Assembly: GCA_964016885.1 (NCBI GenBank)
Contig: OZ024740.1
Coordinates: 63,612,001 to 63,676,000 of the forward strand
DNA: 64,000 nt
Direction of reading: 5' to 3'
DNA from: Eledone cirrhosa
Lineage: Eukaryota
In this document: in pieces, positions 14,305-27,131 of the stretch
How the letters are laid out: each line of letters starts with the position of its first letter
How positions within the stretch are numbered: the first letter of the stretch is position 1
Position numbers and translations under genes: made by a program
Notes under the pieces: model-generated
What the model saw: only the letters and a program-made list of their open reading frames with translations
Told to the model about the DNA's origin: nothing
Database searches by the model: none

Positions 14305-15335
14305 GCACACACACACACACACCACACACATACATACATGCATACATAATACATACATACATACATACATACATACATACATACATCAGTCAGTCAGTCA
14401 GTCAACGCGATCAGTCGCATATTTTGGAGTTGGAGACTATTCATTAAATTTAAGATGAATACTATCTCCGACAGTAATGCCACAACTACCAGTCACGTTG
14501 AATAACTGGTTATTCTTCTAACTATATCCACCTTTTATTCGAATTCGTATAGATATCCGACTAAATACATAAATCATTTTACAAGGATTTGTTACAAACA
14601 GCATGGCTGAACACAACATCAACAACAACATTAAGAAAGTACCGAAGAAAAACAACGAGAAAGGTAAACAAAATTTATTCAGTTGTAGCTACAGAAGAAA
14701 TCGAAATTATAAATCGCATTTCTCTTGTAGTTGCGAACTTAATGACGATTTATTTAATTGTTATAAAATGGCAAAAAACAATCACTCCATTGGCTATATG
14801 AACAGAATGAAGCTACACTGGGACGAAATACACATAGAGCTAAATTATTTCACAACGAAACAGTTACGCCAGCAAGCGACGTTTGTTGAACGTAAAAATA
14901 AGATAAATATTATTAATTGTAAGTCCCCCACAACAAACGTGGGATCAACAACACGTGCTACAGGTCGCCATGCTACTAGACTTCCTAGAAGCCAGGTCGA
15001 ACAGTGCCTTGAAACAACTATACCTATAAGAAAATTGAAACCACGTGTACCATCTAAGGCTACCTCGAACGCTGGGGAAAACACTATCGATAATAATAAT
15101 AATTGAAGAAATAATAATAATAATCGAAGAAATTTGACACCACGTGTACCATCCGAGTCTACCTCGATTATTGTGGAAAATACTATCGATAATGATAATA
15201 ATCAAAAGTATAAACAATTGAAAATTTCCCTCAACGAAATCTTCCAGAGAGAAATTAATTCATGTATAAATATCTCACTTGCTGAACGTATTAAAACTAC
15301 AATATTTAATTTAAAAAAAACAAAAAACAAATAAT

Positions 15336-15521
15336 TGTTTCTACTTTTGGCACCAGGCAGCAATTATCACAGTGCATTACTGGTACTTTATAATATCGAC
15401 CCCGTAAGGATGAAAGGCAAAGTTAACCTCGGCGGGATTTGAACTCAGATCATAAAGAGACGTAACTCTATGCTTCAAAGCATGGTGTCCGACTCTCTAC
15501 CGATACTGCCAATCCACCGCC
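15336..15521 (-). mobile_element. SINE (major family) inserted into the R4/Dong element
   Basis: Full head-to-tail copy; AAACAAAAAACAAATAAT is duplicated on both sides. Confidence 0.9.
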
Positions 15522-15712
15522 CTAAACAAAAAACAAATAATGAAATATTACGTGTTATTGACGAAATAGGGGATGAATATTTACGACGGATAAAAACCCC
15601 AATATTTTGGCAAATCAACGCCTGTTTATATGCCTTAGCAACGACAGTGAAGCAGTATCTTGGCGATAGCAGAGATATTAACCAGGAGAAAACACCACCA
15701 AAAATACCATCA

Positions 15713-16241
15713 TCTATATTACTAAAACAGTGAATGTCTGTTTGTCTGTCTATCTGTCCAATCACTAAAACTCAAGAACCACCCAACCGAGTTTTTTCAA
15801 ACTTTACACATGTAATACTTTTGGTCCCGTGCGTGTTTTGAGCAAAAGAAATTTCAAATTTTCAATGCCCTAGGCACTGCATTAGGCGATTTAGCGATCT
15901 CTCTCTATAATTCTTAGTCTTTCTCTTTTTGGATAGATACGTAGATATAACGTCGCGCCTTTATAATATCTGTCTGTATTCCTGACTGTCTGCATTACGT
16001 CATTATGACGTAATCTCTGTGTGTGTGTGTATATATATATATAGTGTGTGTATATATATATATTATTATGCCAGGGAACGTCTTCACGAACCAAAGTATC
16101 GTCTTCCTGTTTTCCTTCGGTTGCAGCGTTTTTCGAAATATTTACATCTGCGTTCACAGATTGCTTTTTTTATTTTAGTTTCAGAAGATCCCATTAAGGG
16201 TGAAAGCAGCGATTCTTTGCTTAAACTTTCATCTGTTATTT

Positions 16242-16297
<56 letters not shown>

Positions 16298-16642
16298 GTG
16301 TACAGATATTTTTGCATACACAATAACAAAATATAAACAAAAGTATTTATTTCGCGATAAGGTATTGATTTTCTTCGCACGGAAAAAAAAACGCTGGTAA
16401 TGTACGACGAATTTTTTTTTATAAGCACAAAATGTAGACACCATCCCAAGGCCGAGGTATTCCGTACTTCTCTGTACTGATATATATATATAATTATATA
16501 TTAGTGTACAGATAATTTTGCATACACAATAACAAAATATAAACAAACGTATTTATTTCACGAGACTCGATAAGGATAAATATATATCAAATATATAAGA
16601 ACCCTAGAGCAAATCCCGAGCAACGGCGGGCCATTCTCCTAG
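15713..16642 (+). mobile_element. Non-autonomous Helitron inserted at A|T
   Basis: 5' TCTATATTACTAAAA followed by a (TCTG)-type repeat; 3' hairpin CCCG-AGCAACGG-CGGG then CTAG. Removing it restores the host frame KIPS|YVTKIEKKIADLRETMGH. Confidence 0.88.
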
Positions 16643-19638
16643 TATGTAACTAAAATAGAAAAAAAGATTGCTGACCTACGAGAAACCATGGGGCATGTGA
16701 TAATGCTCCTTACATGCAAACAAACACAAAAAAACCCTCACTCCTCAGCAACAAAGAGTGAAAAATAAAATAGAGACGATATTTGGTAACAGTAGAACCA
16801 GAACTCTTCAATATAAGCTGATGACCCTCAAACAAGAATTGAGAGCTGTTAGCGAAAAGCCCCGATACCTGAAGAAGGTAAATGAAAGATGAAAGAAAAG
16901 TGCTTAATAAAAGATTCAGACGAAACCAAACATCAGTCTATAGAGATATGAAGGGCAAAATAATAAGTGTCACTGAGGCACCATCCCAGAAAGACATAGA
17001 TTCCTTTTGGAGAAAAATATGGGGTGAAAAGAAGAATTTCAACCAAGATGCAGTGTGGCTAAAAGAAATTCGAAGGAACTATTGCTCCTACACTACAACA
17101 AACACATACGAAATAAATGAGGGTACCCTTGAGACTGTGATAGGAAAACTCCAAGATAAGAAAACACCAGGAAGAGACATGATTGTCGGCTACTGGTACA
17201 AAAAACTAATATTCTATCGGAAGTATCTTACTGACCTCTACCAACAAGTTCTTAAGGGAGATACACTTATACTAGAATGGTTGTCATTAGCACAAACATT
17301 ACTGGTCCCGAAGAACAAAGACACCCACTTGGCAAAAAACTACCGACCCATTGTATGCCAGAACCTGATGTATAGGATGTATATAGCCTGCCTGAACCTA
17401 TTCCTCCAAGATCACTGTGAAAATAATCACATCATCAAAGATGAACAAGGAGCTGGAAAGAAAGGGGTTTGGGGATGTGCTGAACAACTCCTAATCAACA
17501 AAACTGCGATGTCGGAGGTGCGACAACTTAGGAGGAATATGGCTACAATCTGGCTGGACTACAGGAAAGCTTTCGATTCTGTTCCCCACTCTTGTATGAT
17601 AGAGGCCCTCCAACTTGCTAAAGTCCCAGACATTATTGTCAGAGCCATATAGAAGCTATCTTCTGCTTGGGCTACTATCCTAAAGTTAAAGACAGAGAAG
17701 GAGGACTCTATTTTCACTGATAAAATAAAATATCGCAGGGGTATATTTCAGGGAGACAGTCTCTCTCTGATATTATTCATACTGTCATTAAACTCCTTGT
17801 CCTTTCTGCTCAAGAAATGTGAAGGATTGGCTCACAGGAGATCAGAAATACGGACCTAACCCATAATTTCTTTGTGGGTGATCTGAAACTCTATGCCAAG
17901 AAGAACATGGATGGGATGAAGAAAAATCTTGACTTTATTACAACGTTCTCAAAGGATCTAGGAATGGAGTTGGACAAGATAAATGCTCATATATGGCTGT
18001 AAAGCGGGGAGAAACAACGCAATCTAATAACATTATCATCAATGGCCTAACTGTTTCACCGATATCGGATGAGGATTTCTACAGATACCTGGGGATAGAT
18101 GAGAACATATCCTATAATGGTATCTGTAATAAGGAACGCGTAACCAGGGAATACTACACCCGATTAAGAAAGATTTGGCGCACAATGTGTTTGCTGTGCC
18201 TGTCCTAACCCCAATGTTTGGTATACTCAATTGGACGATAGACGAAATCCGAGCAGTTGACGTTTGAACTCGAAAAATACTAAACAACACCGGAAACTTC
18301 CACATCAACAGTGACGTAGACCGCCTTTACTTGAAACATAAGCAGGAAGGCAGAGGCCTAACATCAGTCCAGACAGCATTTGAATGTCGCATCATATCCC
18401 TCCGACAACGTCTACGAACCTCGAAGCGTAGGAGCCCATCTCTCGAGCAAGTCTATCTGCATGAAACAGATAAGATCATGAGAGTTGGGAAGGAACACCC
18501 CAAAAGATATTCCCTGTGTGATAATCAAAAACTCACACCCAGGAAGGTCGCTCAGCAGTATCTCAGTGAATCCATGGATGAAAAACTGCAAAAAATCATG
18601 CATGGATATGTTGCCAGGAAGCTCCAGAGGGGGAGTAATATAAATAAGGAAAGTAATCTATCTTGGACCAACAACAGCTATATTGGCTCCCACTTTGAAG
18701 GATACGCTTTTGCAATCCAAGAACAGGAGATTAGCACGAAATACCTGATTCACAAAAGAGATAGGGATGCAGGCAAAACACGTAGATGTGATAACAAGTG
18801 CAGACTCTGCAGAATTAACATAGAAGATGTCACCCATGTCACCAGCAGCTGTCCAAAGATGTTATCGCGGTACTATCTACCTATGAGGCATGTAGTGGCC
18901 AAAACACTGTACAATGCAATCCGTAGAAAAGATAGCCCCGATAATAAACACATTAAAAGCTACAGCAATGTGGAAGACATCCATATATATAATATGAAAG
19001 AGTTCTGGTGGAATGTTCCAGTAAAAACCCCCAATAAAATGCAGGCATAACAGACCAGATATTATGATATGGGACAGGGAAAAGAAAGCATGGAAGTTAG
19101 CTGCCCAGCAGATGCCAATATAATATCAAAGATTAGCGAAAAGGAGAATATGTATGCAGTACTGATGAGAAATCTGCAGATACTCCACCCTGATTACACC
19201 TTCAGATTTATGCCTGTGATTATTGGGGCACTGGGGTATGTTAGTAACTGCCTCAATACAAATCTTGAGAAGCTAGGCTTAACAGGCACAGAGAGAACAC
19301 AACTAATTAGGAAATTACAAGTACAATCAATTAATGGAACAGTAAAAATATGTAAAACATTCCGAAAATTGTGCATCTAATAACTGCATATATACACATG
19401 TACAGATACAAAGCAAATACAGATGCACACATACAACTCAAAACATCCACATCCACACATACAATAACATCCATATCTACACATGCATGCATGCAGGCAT
19501 GCATACATAATCTACCTAGTTGATGTTACGTAAATTCCAATGAGAGAGTCTTGTATCTATGTTAGAAACCGACTCTCTCTCTATTGGTAAAAATTTGTGA
19601 AATTATAAAACCAGAACATACATACATACATACATACA

Positions 19639-19672
<34 letters not shown>

Positions 19673-19679
19673 CATATAT

Positions 19680-20475
19680 ATTGTTATACTTTGGGAGGGT
19701 CATGTTGCCAATAAGAAACCAGTTGCTTTCACTTCAATTTATTATAAATAAATTTATAAATTTAGGAATTTATAAATTCCCGGTTGGTTGGTTGGTTCCA
19801 CAACCAGATGATTGTTTATATATTGTCAAAGTTCTTTCTTCACACATTCTGTGACCTCTTCAGTGACTGGGGATTCTTTTCATTGTTTTTGTGCCTCTCC
19901 TATGTTCTGTCCTACGCCATCTTGTTTTTGTGTGTGTTGTGTGCTTAGTTTGCGCATGTGTTACATCCGGGTGTCTGTGTGTGTTTATATTTGTTTATTT
20001 ATTTGTTTATTTACATGTTACTGGTTGGTTGTTTGTTCTATGTGCGTGTGTGTTTTCATTTTGTCCTTAATTGTAATTTGTGATGTTGCTGTTCCATTCA
20101 TGTTTTCTATTTAATTTTGGTTGGAGTTCATTTATGTCTATTGCCTCTGTGATTTGTCTAAACATTGCGTCTTTTCTGTGTGTAGATTCTATTTTTATTT
20201 CTATGTTCTCTAATTTACCCTTATGTTCTATTTTAGCATGTTGGTAGAGTACAGATGATTCTTTACTATCTTGAAGGTCTCGCCAGTGTTCATTTATCCG
20301 TTCCCTTATACTACGAGCTGTCTCACCTATGTACACTATATTCTTATCTCTACACTATCCTTCAGTACATCTTATTAGTTTCACATATAGCATAAGATGT
20401 ACTGAAGGACAATGTAGAGATAAGAATATAGTGTACATAGGTGAGACAGCTCGTAGTATAAGGGAACGGATAAAT
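19680..20475 (-). mobile_element. Penelope-like element 3' fragment (GIY-YIG endonuclease C-terminus plus terminal repeat) with a short inverted duplication
   Basis: Minus-strand NIVYIGETARSIRERINEH..SVLYQH..RQITEAIDI..PKLNRKHEW; about 20392-20475 is the reverse complement of about 20292-20375; hammerhead motif at 19824-19868. Confidence 0.88.
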
Positions 20476-20572
20476 ACTCCCCCCACCCGCCACCTGTTCT
20501 TGTTTTCTTCTTATTCTCATTCCATTTTTAAGCCTAACTTAACTAGCAACTACACAGCCATCCTATTCTCCA

Positions 20573-20658
<86 letters not shown>

Positions 20659-20791
20659 GTGAGGTTTTTTTTACAAAATGAAAAATAACCGAGGTGTCCT
20701 ACACGAGTGGAAGTATAAAGAAAAAGGGATGAAATCGAAAATGCAACTGAAGTCTTATTTTTTTTTTTTAAATATATATATTTATTTGGTT

Positions 20792-20829
20792 CCTTTACCG
20801 GTTTCGCAGTTCTTCTGCTTTTCAAAAGG
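20792..20829 (-). ncRNA. Type I minimal hammerhead ribozyme motif, U3:A8 core variant
   Basis: Minus strand: cctt-TTGAAAA-gcag(aagaa)ctgc-GAAAC-cg-GTA-aagg, followed by AATAAA. Confidence 0.7.
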
Positions 20830-21446
20830 TGAGTTGAGATGGAGGGTCTGTGGTTTTTCTCACATCTGGTTGGTCTCTAAATGTTACTTGTTTTATATGG
20901 AAAAAGTGGCTCGAAAACCAGGTTTTTCGAGAAGTAATTTGATTGGTTTGTCAATAATTATAATAAATTTCGCGCCAGTTCGCGTTACAATAGTTCTTCA
21001 AATAAGAGAGGGGGGGGTTGTCACAGGTTGTTTTTTCATATATGAGTGTTTGAATTTCTTTTTACTTGAAAAAATGAGGCTCACGAAGGCTTTTTTTTGG
21101 TTGGTTATAAATGAAATTTGGCTGTCACGTGAACAAGTTTTCATTACATTTTTGCGCCCTTATTTGGAAAACTATTCTGTAGTCTTTATAGTGAATGTTA
21201 TGACAATGGAGAGATAGTGGTCAAGGGAAAAGGGATTGGGAGAAATGTTCTGGTTCAGTGAATATGACCAGCTTTATATATATATATATATATTATGCTT
21301 AGATAGCAGAACGTTTGTGTACAAAAAAACCCACACCCATACTGTGTATTACTTGTGACAGTATCTTGTTAGCTCAATGTACGAAGACAGAGCCATTATA
21401 GTAAAAGAAAACAAAGAACGCTTATAACATCAAACAATTTTTATTA

Positions 21447-21491
21447 GCTGACAGTGTTTCATCCATACCATGGGGCAAGACTCATCAGAGC
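21447..21491 (-). ncRNA. Type I hammerhead motif (mirror copy of 23050-23094)
   Basis: Minus strand: gct-CTGATGA-gtct..ggat-GAAAC-act-GTC-agc. Confidence 0.7.
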
Positions 21492-22218
21492 GTTGAAAAC
21501 AAAAATACAATAATGAAGATAAGCTCTACCGACCTACATCATAAGAACAATAGATATATGCTACAGGATCATAGGATAATCGTGAGAATGGAGATGATAC
21601 ATAATAGGGTTGTTAGTCAGAGTAAGGAAAAATAAGGAAAAATAAAATGAACTGAAGTAATCACACAAGAGATAGATGCATGTGAAGGAATCAGTCAAGG
21701 CGATAAAGAAAAAAGAAAGAATACTCAAAAATAATAAAAAAAATAAATAAAAAAATAAAAAAGTTATAATAATCAATTAAAAAATTAAAAAATCGAAATT
21801 AAAAACTAATTAAAAAGAAAAATAATAAAAAATATATATTTAACAAAATAATTAACAAGAGAGAGGGGAAGGCATAGATGCATATGAGGGCACACAAACG
21901 CAAGGAGAGAAAGCATGCATTGGTCACAGTCGAATAGATATAGGCCAGATGATTTCCCATGACAAAGAGTCTTATGTCCTATAGTTTCACAGGGTGAGCC
22001 ACAGTGCACTCGAATATTAGTTGTCAAAGTAGGGATATCCAGCAGATAAATTACAATAGGACTAAGCATCAACCGGGGTGTCATATAGAAAAGAGCTATG
22101 TAGCCCTTAAAGTATGGTAATAAGGTTCAGAGGGGATTTATTATTCTCCAAATTCAGTACGGTTAGGGTAACCATAAGATACTGGAGTGTATGAACAGGA
22201 CTGGAATACATCTATGAA

Positions 22219-22284
<66 letters not shown>

Positions 22285-23049
22285 GTGTCTATATATGTTG
22301 TGAAATTTCGTGAGTTACCGTCTACTGACGATATATATGTTTTTTGCTCCCTTTGCCGGATATGCTTCAAACAATGTTTAAATCATGTATGAGCAGTCTG
22401 TTATGAATTTTTCGTTGTGAATTAACTGCTTCAGCTTCTTCTATACACTTACCCTGCTTTGCTTGCGTTCCTGCTTCTGCCTGTGCTGTACCCATCCTTA
22501 TGCAAGACTAACACCTCTTATCCGCACAGCTCCACTATCTTATGGTTACCCTGTGAAACTATAGGACATAAGACTCTTTGTCATGGGAAATCATCTGGCC
22601 TATATCTATTCGACTGTGACCAATGTATGCTTTCTCTCCTTGCGTTTGTGTGCCTTCATATGCATCTATGCCTTCCCCTCTCTCTTGTTAATTATTTTGT
22701 TAAATATATATTTTTTAATTAGTTTTTTTTTATTAGTTTTTAATTTCGATTTTTTAATTTTTTAATTGATTATTATTATTTTTTATTTTTTTATTTACTT
22801 TTTTAATTATTTTTGAGTATTCTTTCTTTTTTCTTTATCGCCTTGACTGATTCCTTCACATGCATCTATCTCTTGTGTGATTACTTCAGTTTATTTTATT
22901 TTTCCTTATTTTTCCTTACTCTGACTAACAACCCTATTATGTATCATCTCCATTCTCACTATTATCCTATGATCCTGTAGCATATATCTATTGTTCTTAT
23001 GATGTAGGTCGGTAGAACTTATCTTCATTATTTTATTTTTGTTTTCAAC

Positions 23050-23094
23050 GCTCTGATGAGTCCTGCCCCATGGTATGGATGAAACACTGTCAGC
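23050..23094 (+). ncRNA. Type I minimal hammerhead ribozyme motif
   Basis: gct-CTGATGA-gtcc(tgccccatggtat)ggat-GAAAC-act-GTC-agc, then TAATAAA. Confidence 0.8.
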
Positions 23095-23137
23095 TAATAA
23101 AAATTGATTGATGTTATAAGCGCTCTTTGTTTTCTTT

Positions 23138-23169
<32 letters not shown>

Positions 23170-23176
<7 letters not shown>

Positions 23177-23342
23177 GAAAAATCAGTGATGCATCTGAAC
23201 TCAATTTATTGTGTGTTACAATTGTTTCGCCGGCAGGCAGCTCGAGACACGATCATCATGTGTCTCGAACTGCCTGCCGGCGAAACAATTGTAACACACA
23301 ATAAATTGAGTTCAGATGCATCACTGATTTTTCGTTTTATAT
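23170..23342. repeat. Near-perfect palindrome (about 80-bp arms) next to (TA)n
   Basis: AAAACGAAAAATCAGTGATGC...GAGACAC-gatcatcat-GTGTCTC...GCATCACTGATTTTTCGTTTT; contains a GAAAC-aatt-GTA hammerhead half with a non-canonical 5' core. Confidence 0.9.
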
Positions 23343-23419
23343 TATATCACACTCTGCTCTGTAAGAACATAGAATGCTCAACCGGCATATCGCCTATGGA
23401 AGCATCATACCTACCATCA

Positions 23420-23540
<121 letters not shown>

Positions 23541-23542
23541 CA

Positions 23543-23599
<57 letters not shown>

Positions 23600-23859
23600 T
23601 ATAACTGAATATAAAAGAAAAACGAACACAGACATATACATATATGTGTTCAAATCGTAAGGGACCAGATTCGCTAAAGTGAAAAGAATACTAACTATAG
23701 ACAATAGGGTTTGTCAGACTCGATTTAATAAAAAATCACGAAAATAGATACAAACCAGAATTGTGGTAACTATAAATCACCCAGACAGCTTTTGGTACTG
23801 CTGTTTCGCAAAATTAATTGTGAAGAGGAATACCAATACAAATTTTGTTTTATACATAC

Positions 23860-23904
<45 letters not shown>

Positions 23905-23964
23905 GGGTTCAATCGGGGGTAATCACAGTAAGTAAGGTACTCAATACATACCAGAGGATAAATA

Positions 23965-24091
23965 TTTAATATAGAAATGCCTTCTACAAGACTAGAACAG
24001 TTTCATTCGCAGAAAATCATCAGGGCTTTCCTGATGATTTCTTCCGAATGAAACAGTTCTAGTCCTGTAGGAGCCATTTCTATATTGAATA

Positions 24092-24092
<1 letters not shown>
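23965..24092. ncRNA. Two back-to-back hammerhead motifs forming an imperfect palindrome
   Basis: Plus strand 24024-24075: ggctttc-CTGATGA-tttcttccgaat-GAAACAG-ttctagtc-CTGTA-ggagcc; a diverged mirror copy lies on the minus strand at about 23977-24024. Confidence 0.65.
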
Positions 24093-24143
<51 letters not shown>

Positions 24144-24472
24144 TGAGAGAGAGAAGATAGGTAGATAGACAGACAGATAGATAGATATTTTTATGTTTTC
24201 ATATCGTTATATATTCACAACTCTATGGCATTATCTCATATGACTGTAATCTTGCAGCAGAGACTTTCATTTATTCAGAGTCAACGTTGCCATCTTTCTC
24301 GCCTGTTTTACTTTATTCATATCTCTACACCTTACACCTTACGCCATTTTATAAATACGTACGCATGTAGATGCATACGTGTATGTAAGTGAATGCATCA
24401 TTGTGTCTACATATATGTTTGCATGTATATACGTGTGTGAGTGTGTGCATTGGTGTGTCTAAGTGTGCGCGC

Positions 24473-24544
<72 letters not shown>

Positions 24545-24900
24545 ATATGTGAGTGTGTATCTGTGTATCAACGTGTAAGTGCGTATATTTTCGTATATTT
24601 TTCGTCACTAATAGAATTTCACGATCACCTTTCTTATCATTGTTGGCTGTCATCTGATCATCATTTTTAGCTTCCCATTGTTAAACTATGAACCCTCGTG
24701 TATAAAATCCTCATTATATATATTTGGTATATTTTGTCTTTTAGCTTTCAAAACTATTTTTACATTACTTCATTTTTTGCTCTTTGCAATGTCTTTATAT
24801 TTATAATTATTCTTCCGTACACAATTGAGATCTCCCTCAGCGTTCGTCTATGTATGTATGTATGTATGTATGTATGTATGTATGTATGTATGTATGTATG

Positions 24901-26245
24901 TTCTTTTGGTTTTATAATTTCACAAATTTTTACCACTAGAGAGAGAGTCGGTTTCTAACATAGATACAAGACTCTCTCATTGGAATTTACACAACATCAT
25001 CTAGGTAGATATGTATGCATGTATGCAGGCATGCATGTTTGCAGGTATGGATGGTATTGTATGTGTGGATGTGGATGTTTTGAGTTATATGTGAGCATGT
25101 GCATATGCTTTGTATCTGTACATGTGTATATGCAGTTATTAGAAGCAGAAATTTTGGAATGTTTTACATATTTTTATGGATTGTACTTGTAATTTCCTAA
25201 CTAGTGTTGTTTCTGTTTCTGTGAAGCCCGGCTTCTCAAGATTTGTACTGAGGCAGTTACTAACATATCCTAGTGCCCCGATAATCGCAGGCATAAATCT
25301 GAAGGGTATTTAACTAATGTATTGGTACGCGATGGGGCCCACCCACAGCCCCGGCGGACAGAATGGAGAAGGCGTTTCCCCGGAGGACGGCAAGGGAGAC
25401 GCGCTGGAAAAGCCACTCCAACTCGCGGGGCTCACACCTGCGGCTGGCCAGCTCAGCCCCTATGGTGGTGAGTAAGGAGGTAGCCCTGGGGCCGAGGACA
25501 CCAGAAGTCTCCACTGCCAGGGAAACGACCGCAAAATCTGAAGGTATAGTCAGGGTGGAGTATCTGTATCTGTATCTCACTCTGGAGCTTCCTGCATGAT
25601 TTTTTGCTGATATGCATGCAGTTTTTCATCCATGGATTCACTGCGGTAGTGCTGGGCAATTTCCCTGGGTGTGAGTTTTTGATTATCATGCAGGAAGTAT
25701 CTTTCAAGGAGTTCCTTCCCAACTCTCATGATCTTATCTGTTTCATGCAGATAGACTTGCTCAAAAGATGGGCTCCTACTCTTCGAGGTTCGTAAATGTT
25801 GTCGGGGGGATATGATGCGACACTCAAATGCTGTCTGGACTGATGTTAGGTCTCTGCCTCCCTGCTTCCGTTTTAAGTAGAGGTGGTCTATGTCACTGAT
25901 GATGTGAAGGTTTCCGGTATTGTTTAGGATTTTTCGAGTTTTAACATCAATTGCTCGGATTTCGTCTATTGTCCAATCGAGTATTCCAAACGTTGGTGTT
26001 AGAACAGGTACAGCAAACACATTGTGAGCCACTGTTTTATTGTGCGTAGAGAGTTCCGATGACCATATTTTTCTTAATCGGGTGTAATATTCCCTGGTTA
26101 CTCGTTCCTTATTACAAATACCATTATAGGATATATTCTCATCTATCCCCAGGTATCTGTAGCAGTCCTCGTCAGATATCGGTGAAACAGCCAGGCCATT
26201 GGAAAAAATGTTGCTAGATTGTGTTGTAATTTTTTCCCGGCTAGA
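24901..26245 (-). mobile_element. Truncated, internally deleted copy of the (CATA)n-associated R4/Dong element
   Basis: Reverse complement matches about 18000-18630 and 19180-19617 (YRYLGIDENISYNGICNKERVTREYY..); flanked by (TATG)n at both ends. Confidence 0.88.
25306..25533 (-). mobile_element. CRE-clade retrotransposon 3' fragment nested in the R4/Dong copy
   Basis: FAVVSLAVETSGVLGPRA..EPRELEWLFQRVSLAVLRGNAFSIL is typical of the CRE RLE C-terminus; AAATCTGAAGG is duplicated at 25295-25305 and 25534-25544. Confidence 0.75.
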
Positions 26246-26259
26246 ATATGTATGTATGC

Positions 26260-26328
<69 letters not shown>

Positions 26329-26407
26329 CATACGCCCACACACAAAAAATAGGGTCGATGCCTTCTCGGCCCACATACCAAAACAAAAATATATCTTTTG
26401 TCGCATC

Positions 26408-26519
26408 ACCAGTCTGAGGAGCAGATCGATACTGGAGTCGGGTCCATAACTCATATGGGTTATGGACCCGACTCCAATATCACCTTGAACCAATCCTCTG
26501 CGAAACGCGCGTAACAGGT
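26408..26519 (+). ncRNA. Type I hammerhead motif with a long hairpin inserted in stem II
   Basis: accagt-CTGAGGA-gcaga..[GGAGTCGGGTCCATAAC/GTTATGGACCCGACTCC hairpin]..tctgc-GAAAC-gcgc-GTA-acaggt, then AATAAA; lies between (TA)n tracts. Confidence 0.75.
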
Positions 26520-26568
26520 CGATATACAATAAATATTTTTTATGTCAACGAAACTTCCACGCTTTTTC

Positions 26569-26650
<82 letters not shown>

Positions 26651-26794
26651 GACTATATGTTGGTTGTATACCAACACCTCAGTATGCAGATTGGAGCACT
26701 CGACGAAGTGCGCAGGTTGGTTTGGTTACTCCGGAGTAATGTAAAATAAAGTAAAATAAATAAGTCAAATGTTTAAAATTTAGCTTCGTTTATT

Positions 26795-26849
26795 ACTGCT
26801 ATATATATTTCGGTGACAGCCATCTTTGGCTGTGACCTCTTCAGGCAGT
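26795..26849 (-). ncRNA. Type I hammerhead motif
   Basis: Minus strand: actgc-CTGAAGA-ggtcacagcc(aaagat)ggctgtcacc-GAAAT-atat-ATA-gcagt-AATAAA. A related copy with CTGATGG lies at about 53803-53856 (-). Confidence 0.82.
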
Positions 26850-27063
26850 CCGAATTAGTGTGGTATAGACATGTACATATGTTGTTGAGGTGTATAATTT
26901 TGTCAATACTCTGATATGCCCAGTTCCTGTGTGGGTTGTTGTTTCTATGAGGAACTGGAATCATATGTTTGTGTGCACATGAGCGTGCTTGTGAGTTGTA
27001 CGCCTACATACCTTCATTTAACAGCTTATGGTTGACAATCTGGTGACAAATGGAAGCATCGAT

Positions 27064-27131
<68 letters not shown>

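Larger units (their letters stand above)
14386..19617 (+). mobile_element. Long decayed R4/Dong-clade RLE non-LTR retrotransposon, interrupted by a SINE and a Helitron
   Basis: RT motifs KTPGRDMIVGYWYK, NYRPIVC, WLDYRKAFDSVPH, RGIFQGDSLS and YRYLGI; CRLC..EDVTHVTSSC zinc motif; HNRPDIMIWD, EVSCPAD and FMPVIIGALG RLE motifs; many stops and frameshifts. Flanked by (CATA)n at both ends. Confidence 0.88.
21397..23144. mobile_element. Fold-back PLE-type terminal repeat pair (about 600-bp inverted arms 21397-21995 and 22548-23144) with internal (TA)n
   Basis: The arms are near-perfect reverse complements; each carries a hammerhead motif followed by AATAAA. Confidence 0.75.
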
